DNA of 31,646 nucleotides from a virus (Duplodnaviria; Heunggongvirae; Uroviricota; Caudoviricetes): IMG/VR virus record IMGVR_UViG_648276671_000019, positions 1 to 31,646 of that record; one strand, 5' to 3'. Shown piece by piece: positions 26,483 to 31,646 of this stretch (position 1 is its first letter; each line of letters starts with the position of its first letter). The notes under the pieces were generated by a model. It saw only the letters and a program-made list of their open reading frames with translations, ran no database searches and was not told where the DNA came from. The position numbers and the translations under genes were made by a program.

Positions 26483-27306
26483 AAAAAATTATTCCTGCTT
26501 TAGCCCTTGTTCTGCTGACCACCGGACTTGTCGGTTGCGATCGCGTTGAGCCTGGTAATGTGGGCATCAAAGTAAACAAACTGGGCGACGATAAAGGCGT
26601 CGGTGAGGTGGTCGGTGTTGGTCGCTACTGGACGGGATGGAACACTGAGGTTTACATCTTCCCGACCTTCAAACAAATGAAGACCTACGATGAGCCATTC
26701 AGCTTCCAGATGAGTGACGGTACAACCATTGGCTATCACATCGGCGTGGCCTACAAAGTTGATCCATCCAAAGTTACCACAGTCTTTCAGACCTACCGCA
26801 AAGGCGTGGACGACATTACCGACACTGACCTGCGCCAGAAAATCGCCGATGCGCTGAACCGACTGGCCAGCAAAATGACCACCGACAAATTTATCGACGG
26901 TGGCAAATCTGAATTACTGGATGCAGCCCTTAAAGACATTCAGGCAGAGATGACGCCAATCGGTATTCAGGTGATGAGCCTCTCTTATGTAGGTAAGCCG
27001 GAATACCCGCCAACCGTTATTGACAGCATTAACGCCAAGGTCACGGCAAACCAGAAAACCCTGCAACGCGAGCAGGAAGTTAAACAGCGCGAAGCAGAGG
27101 CCAACATGCTGCGCGCGGAAGCTGCCGGACAGGCTGATGCCATTCGCACAAAAGCCCAGGCCGAAGCCGACGCCATTCGTTTACGCGGTGAAGCTCTGCG
27201 CCAGAACCCAAACGTTATGGAACTGGAAGCCATCAACAAGTGGAACGGCACACTGCCACAGTACATGACCAGTGGTGCAGACACACCATTTATTCAGGTT
27301 AAGTAA
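26479..27306 (+). CDS. SPFH (band-7/stomatin-like) domain lipoprotein
   Basis: Signal peptide with lipobox LVGC; central SPFH-like region; C-terminal Ala/Glu/Gln-rich coiled coil. Confidence 0.7.
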   Translation: MKKIIPALALVLLTTGLVGCDRVEPGNVGIKVNKLGDDKGVGEVVGVGRYWTGWNTEVYIFPTFKQMKTYDEPFSFQMSDGTTIGYHIGVAYKVDPSKVTTVFQTYRKGVDDITDTDLRQKIADALNRLASKMTTDKFIDGGKSELLDAALKDIQAEMTPIGIQVMSLSYVGKPEYPPTVIDSINAKVTANQKTLQREQEVKQREAEANMLRAEAAGQADAIRTKAQAEADAIRLRGEALRQNPNVMELEAINKWNGTLPQYMTSGADTPFIQVK

Positions 27307-27349
27307 TACATGTGCCCGGTATTACACGCCGGGCTGTCTGGAGATAAAA

Positions 27350-28099
27350 ATGAATACAGTAACCATCAACAACAAACTGTTTCCGGTAATCGAATATCGC
27401 GGTCAGCGTGTTGTGACGCTGGCGATGATTGATGAAGTCCACCAACGACCGGAAGGTACCGCCCGTGCTGCATTTAACCGCAACCGTTCTCACTTTATCG
27501 AAGGGGTGGATTTTCTTGAAATGACTGCGGACGTAATACGTACGGAGTCACTTTCTGATGCCTTTGCCGCGCGAACTGCCAAAGGGATCATTCTTTTCGA
27601 GTCTGGTTACCTGATGTTGACGAAGCCTTTTAACGATGCTCTTGCATGGCAGGTTCAGCGCGAACTGGTTAACAGCTATTTCCGAACTCACGCGCCGCTG
27701 ACGGAAATCGAGATGATCGCTGCAATGGCCGCCGATGCCGTTCGCCAGCAGAAGCGCCTGAGTCATGTTGAAGAGAAGATCGAAACGGTCACCAAAGCTG
27801 TGGAGAACATCAAACGCGGCACAATGCGCGCCGGATATGTCGGTTACCGCCAGGTGGTAGCCAAAAGCGGAATGAGTGACGCCAAGTGTCGGAATCTGGT
27901 GAACGCATATCAAATTCCTACAGACACCCACGAATTCATGACTCCGGACGGTCTGTTGTCTCGCAGGGCTATCGTCGAGCTTGAGCCATTTATGGCGGCG
28001 TTCCACCAAATGATGTCAGAGGCTGAACCACGCGGCACACGCTGGTATCACCCGAAGATGGGGCTTTTCCAGGTAATCGGATGGGAGGGTAAAGCATGA
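27350..28099 (+). CDS. ORF6N-domain protein (phage antirepressor-like)
   Basis: ATG at 27350 with GGAGATAAAA Shine-Dalgarno; N-terminus VIEYRGQRVVTLAMIDEVHQRPEGTARAAFNRNRSHFIEGVDF typical of ORF6N/antirepressor N-terminal domains. Confidence 0.6.
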   Translation: MNTVTINNKLFPVIEYRGQRVVTLAMIDEVHQRPEGTARAAFNRNRSHFIEGVDFLEMTADVIRTESLSDAFAARTAKGIILFESGYLMLTKPFNDALAWQVQRELVNSYFRTHAPLTEIEMIAAMAADAVRQQKRLSHVEEKIETVTKAVENIKRGTMRAGYVGYRQVVAKSGMSDAKCRNLVNAYQIPTDTHEFMTPDGLLSRRAIVELEPFMAAFHQMMSEAEPRGTRWYHPKMGLFQVIGWEGKA

Positions 28100-28665
28100 T
28101 CATCCAGTCAAAACTTATTCGCGCCGCTCTGGTGTGCGCTGCTAAAAACGACGTTCGTTATTACCTGAACGGCCTTCACATCACGCCAAAACATATTGAG
28201 GCAACCAATGGTTTCGTAGCACTGCGCATGACTCACGGCATCCGGACGAAGAAAAACATCATTGTCCAGTTCGAAGGTGGCGTCCCGGCCAAAGCCGAAA
28301 CGACAGAGCTGATTTTTAGTAAAGAGCCGATCGCTGTTCATCGCGACCAGTTTCAGCGCCGACTGTCCATTACCAGCATTAAACTGGTGGACGGTTGTTT
28401 TCCGGATTTGGAACGCATCATTCCGAAAAAATTTGACCTCTGTACTCACCCGGTGATCCAGGCGGGTTACCTGAGTTATCCAGAGAAGATGTTTGGTCGT
28501 GAGCGTAAATTTATTCCCGTCCAGTTACGTCCCTCTGGAGACGGGCAAGCGGTCAGAATTCAGTTTGATTCCATCATCAACTCAATGTATGGCAATCCTG
28601 AATTTGTTGTGATGCCTTGTCGTGATCATGACGATTTCAACGTGGCTCAGGAGCATCCGGAATGA
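28096..28665 (+). CDS. Hypothetical protein (189 aa)
   Basis: ATGA-coupled ORF with GGAGGG Shine-Dalgarno. Confidence 0.6.
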   Translation: MIIQSKLIRAALVCAAKNDVRYYLNGLHITPKHIEATNGFVALRMTHGIRTKKNIIVQFEGGVPAKAETTELIFSKEPIAVHRDQFQRRLSITSIKLVDGCFPDLERIIPKKFDLCTHPVIQAGYLSYPEKMFGRERKFIPVQLRPSGDGQAVRIQFDSIINSMYGNPEFVVMPCRDHDDFNVAQEHPE

Positions 28666-28895
28666 AAATCGAATACCAGGACTACGGAGCCGTAGCGAAC
28701 ATCGTGATCACCAGCACCGTGTTCGAATTTCGTAAACATAACCGGGTGGTGGATGCTGCATTGCTTTGTACGCCGGACGTTATTGCAACTCACAGTGGTG
28801 TGTTTTTCATGAAGTCGGTTTTATCCGGTAAAACCCGCGATATGTTGCGGGCCTGTAAAACAATGCTGGAGGAGGTTGGACGTGAGCAGGATTGA
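28662..28895 (+). CDS. Hypothetical protein (77 aa)
   Basis: ATGA-coupled ORF. Confidence 0.45.
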   Translation: MKIEYQDYGAVANIVITSTVFEFRKHNRVVDAALLCTPDVIATHSGVFFMKSVLSGKTRDMLRACKTMLEEVGREQD

Positions 28896-29328
28896 CTATC
28901 AGGCACTGCGTGAGGCGGCTGTAGCAATTGAAACAGTGGCAACGCCTCAAAAATTACTGGCGTTTCGGATGAAGGTCACACCGTCGGTGGTACTGGCGCT
29001 GCTGGATGAAATTAAGCGCCTGGAGGACACAAATATTGATGCTATGTGCCGAATTGCAGAACTGGAAGCACGGGAAATAAAACCAGCCAAAGGTGAAGTT
29101 CTTGTCGTTGTATCTGGTTTTACTGGTTGCGGGAAAAGCGCCATTGCCGGGGAAATAGAAATTGCGATGAAAGCTATTGGTGTGCCGGTTCAATGGACTA
29201 ATGGCGATGCAGAAAAGCGTATGACCGGCGCTGACTGGCTGACAGCGATTGAGATGTACAAACCAAATGTGCGCATCGTGGAAGTTAATGTGCCACGCGT
29301 CGCTGGCATTCGCATCAAAGGAGAGTGA
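28882..29328 (+). CDS. Hypothetical protein, Ea22-like (N-terminal coiled coil)
   Basis: GTG at 28882 with GGAGGAGG 6 nt upstream; the ORF-track start at 28876 is TTG with no spacer. Confidence 0.5.
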   Translation: MSRIDYQALREAAVAIETVATPQKLLAFRMKVTPSVVLALLDEIKRLEDTNIDAMCRIAELEAREIKPAKGEVLVVVSGFTGCGKSAIAGEIEIAMKAIGVPVQWTNGDAEKRMTGADWLTAIEMYKPNVRIVEVNVPRVAGIRIKGE

Positions 29329-29329
29329 T

Positions 29330-29824
29330 ATGACCACTTTCACCGACAAAGAACTGATTAAAGAAATCAAAGAGCGCATAGGCAGCCTGGATGTGCGGGA
29401 CAATATTGAGCGCCGGGCATATGAAATTGCACTGACATCGCTGGAAGCCGAACCTGTAAGCCAAACTTACAAGTTAACTTTTGAGCAATGGCTGGAACAG
29501 CAGCATGACAAAATTGATGTTGATTGTGGATGTGTAAGTACTGAAATGTTTATGCACTGGATAAGGGTCGCGTATGAGGCTGGCAACTATCCGGTAACTC
29601 CGGATGGTTGGATAAGCTGTAGTGAGCGAATGCCTGAAAAGAATCGGAACGTGCTTATTTCGGTGAATTTCGATAGCTCTCTGGTTGAACCGCTAATATG
29701 CTCCGCACGCTATACCGGAAGCACATTCCGGCGCGGAGATGCAACGATTAAGCCGGGTAATGGTATTGAGCAGGCAACCCACTGGATGAAATTACCGGAA
29801 CCGCCGCAGGAGGTGAATCGATGA
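29330..29824 (+). CDS. Hypothetical protein (164 aa)
   Basis: ATG at 29330 with AAAGGAGAG Shine-Dalgarno, 1 nt after the upstream stop; the ORF-track N-terminal extension lacks a ribosome-binding site. Confidence 0.55.
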   Translation: MTTFTDKELIKEIKERIGSLDVRDNIERRAYEIALTSLEAEPVSQTYKLTFEQWLEQQHDKIDVDCGCVSTEMFMHWIRVAYEAGNYPVTPDGWISCSERMPEKNRNVLISVNFDSSLVEPLICSARYTGSTFRRGDATIKPGNGIEQATHWMKLPEPPQEVNR

Positions 29825-29904
29825 ACTGGTCTGATGTAATCGTAACTCTGGGAATGGTATTCGCAGTAGCGTTTGTTGTGTACTCGATTTGTCGATGGGG
29901 ATAA
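29821..29904 (+). CDS. Small hydrophobic peptide (27 aa)
   Basis: ATGA overlap with the upstream stop, AGGAGGTGA Shine-Dalgarno at 29809-29817; translation MNWSDVIVTLGMVFAVAFVVYSICRWG. Confidence 0.35.
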   Translation: MNWSDVIVTLGMVFAVAFVVYSICRWG

Positions 29905-29908
29905 CCAC

Positions 29909-30151
29909 ATGTTCGCTTTGATTCAACGTGGCCAGATATACACGGACAGAACCGGATACCCAGTAGAAATTACTCGCTGTACTGAGCACTCAGTGTTCTT
30001 TCGGAAGATGGACGGACGTACCGGGCGAGTACGCATCGGTGAATTCAGTAGCCTGTTCGAGCATATTGAACACCGGGAATATCACAAGATTCTGGCTGAA
30101 ACAGAACAAGAAAAACACCTGAAGAAATTACGCGCAATGCAAAGGAAGTAA
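29909..30151 (+). CDS. Hypothetical protein (80 aa)
   Basis: ATG at 29909 inside the ORF-track frame 29873..30151. Confidence 0.5.
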   Translation: MFALIQRGQIYTDRTGYPVEITRCTEHSVFFRKMDGRTGRVRIGEFSSLFEHIEHREYHKILAETEQEKHLKKLRAMQRK

Positions 30152-30154
30152 AGA

Positions 30155-30301
30155 ATGAATAAAGCGTTTGAGCTATGGGTACGCCAGCGTTACGGCAATC
30201 GCTATGACCTGACGCGAGACGTTGACGGCTTCTACTGTCGTGAAGTTGTGAGGCGAATGTTTGAAGTGTGGTGCCACTGCCGTGGACTGAATGTTGTGTG
30301 A
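30155..30301 (+). CDS. Small ORF (48 aa)
   Basis: AGGAAG Shine-Dalgarno before the ATG at 30155; translation MNKAFELWVRQRYGNRYDLTRDVDGFYCREVVRRMFEVWCHCRGLNVV; fills the gap before the xis-like gene. Confidence 0.35.
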   Translation: MNKAFELWVRQRYGNRYDLTRDVDGFYCREVVRRMFEVWCHCRGLNVV

Positions 30302-30309
30302 GGTGAACT

Positions 30310-30519
30310 GTGGGACTGGATTGCGTACCTATATCAACCTACTGCCGCAACGCGGGAGAAACGGTTGATGCCGTTAACAAACGGATACAAAGAGGAATAT
30401 GGAAAGAAGGGGTACATGTATTAAAAGTCGACGGAGTTAAAGAACGTTGGGTCGACTTAATGGAGATTACAAAATGGGCAAGAAAGAACAAGGATCATTA
30501 TCTCTCCCTAGAGGAGTAA
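30310..30519 (+). CDS. Putative excisionase-like DNA-binding protein
   Basis: 69-aa ORF with GTG start and GAGGTG Shine-Dalgarno, overlapping the integrase start as lambda xis does; assignment is mainly positional. Confidence 0.45.
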   Translation: MGLDCVPISTYCRNAGETVDAVNKRIQRGIWKEGVHVLKVDGVKERWVDLMEITKWARKNKDHYLSLEE

Positions 30520-31646
30520 CTATTCGGCAGCATAAAACTGGTAGCACTCTGGTTATCACTTTTACATATAAAGGGGTTCTGTGTCGGGAGCCCCTCTCCA
30601 GAATGGAAGTAAACGCGCGCGGTGTGAAGTACGCCGAGCGTCTGCTGGGAGAAATAAAAAATCAGATTATCGATGGTACCTTCGAATATGCAAAATACTT
30701 CCCCAACTCCCAAAAGCTGGAGTTGTTCGGGGGAGTGAAAAAAAACAAAAATATAAAATCTTACCTGGATGAATACCTGATTATCTGCCAGAACCGTAAC
30801 CTGTCACCATCGACAATTAGAGGTTATGAAAAATGCTTGTCTGCGCTGTCAGCATTGCATAAATTTCATGTATCAGAACTGACACCTGCTGTACTAAAAA
30901 ACTGGATCGCCAGCAGAAAAACAAAACTGAAAACGATCCGCAATAATCTTTCGTTTCTGCGCAGCGCCATAGATGAAGCGGTGACCGATGGTTTGTTAAC
31001 AATAAATCCTGTCACGCTAGTCAGCGCCAGCCGGTATCACGTATTGGACAACACACCAGGCAGTGGTGATTACGAGGTCGATCCCTTTACACCAGCGGAG
31101 ACGGCAGCAATCTATGACGCCTGTCATTACCCGGAATGGCGAAATCTGTTTCGCTTTGCCTTTAATACCGGACTGCGTAGCTCAGAATTGTGCGCGTTGC
31201 GCTGGACGGATATAGACTTCATCGGCAACACCGCGCATGTTCAAACTGCAAGCGTAGTCGGGGTAATCAAAAGCACCAAAACAAAAGCCGGCACCCGCAA
31301 AGTGCAACTGAACAGCGAAGCGCTGGCGGCTCTTCAGGCACAAAAGCCCTACACGGCGCTAAAGAGCGACTTCATATTCAGCGATCCGAAAACTCGCGCT
31401 CCTTGGGCAAACGCAGATGCGATCCGAAAAAAAGCCTGGGGACCAACCCTTAAAAAAGCTGGTGTACGCTATCGCAATCCGTACCAGACACGCCACACGT
31501 TCGCCACTCGGCACATTAGCCAGGGCGTAAACCTGTTCTGGCTTGCTGGTCAGATGGGGCATAAAGGACCGGAAATGCTGTTCAGACATTACGGCTCTTA
31601 CCTTGCAGAATACGATGGAAAAACGGCGATTTCTGCAACCCCGTAA
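30474..31646 (+). CDS. int: Tyrosine integrase (lambda Int family)
   Basis: ATG at 30474 with GGAG upstream; C-terminal catalytic region with R...HTFATRH...LAGQMGH...FRHYGSY (catalytic Tyr); TAA stop at the last bases of the window. Confidence 0.9.
   Translation: MGKKEQGSLSLPRGVTIRQHKTGSTLVITFTYKGVLCREPLSRMEVNARGVKYAERLLGEIKNQIIDGTFEYAKYFPNSQKLELFGGVKKNKNIKSYLDEYLIICQNRNLSPSTIRGYEKCLSALSALHKFHVSELTPAVLKNWIASRKTKLKTIRNNLSFLRSAIDEAVTDGLLTINPVTLVSASRYHVLDNTPGSGDYEVDPFTPAETAAIYDACHYPEWRNLFRFAFNTGLRSSELCALRWTDIDFIGNTAHVQTASVVGVIKSTKTKAGTRKVQLNSEALAALQAQKPYTALKSDFIFSDPKTRAPWANADAIRKKAWGPTLKKAGVRYRNPYQTRHTFATRHISQGVNLFWLAGQMGHKGPEMLFRHYGSYLAEYDGKTAISATP

Noticed and set aside
27308-27349. Hairpin GCCCGG-N9-CCGGGC after the SPFH gene as a terminator
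   Set aside because: No U-run follows and the next gene's ribosome-binding site starts immediately after, so it is more likely an intercistronic structure than a terminator.

Overview
This window is almost entirely one lambdoid prophage of the enterobacterial type, read in reverse orientation and running from the tail genes to the integrase. Left to right: a minus-strand late operon with lambda-like tail genes (L, M, tape measure H, G and G-T with a conserved -1 frameshift site, major tail V), four head-tail connector genes, an HK97-type head module (major capsid, prohead protease, portal), cos-type terminase large and small subunits with an adjacent HNH endonuclease, and a lysis cassette (Rz with nested Rz1, endolysin, an extra 116-aa gene, S21-like holin). 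Upstream of these sit three minus-strand tRNA genes (Gly-UCC, Arg-UCU, and a degenerate Ile-like copy), an AT-rich 314-aa gene on the opposite strand, a Q-like antiterminator with a candidate late promoter and terminator, a primase and an SF2 helicase, a cro-like gene and a divergent cI-type repressor. Right of cI is a plus-strand early-left operon of mostly unrecognised small genes, ending in an excisionase-like gene and a tyrosine integrase at the window edge. The most unusual observation is a 309-codon intein inserted after helicase motif VI whose interior encodes an HNH homing endonuclease in a different reading frame, with both frames open. Other candidates for undescribed accessory functions are the 314-aa gene between Q and the lysis genes, a promoter-proximal HTH cassette just after cI, and a small membrane protein coupled to an SPFH-domain lipoprotein. 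All homology calls are from reading the translations and from memory of the protein families; no database search was run.
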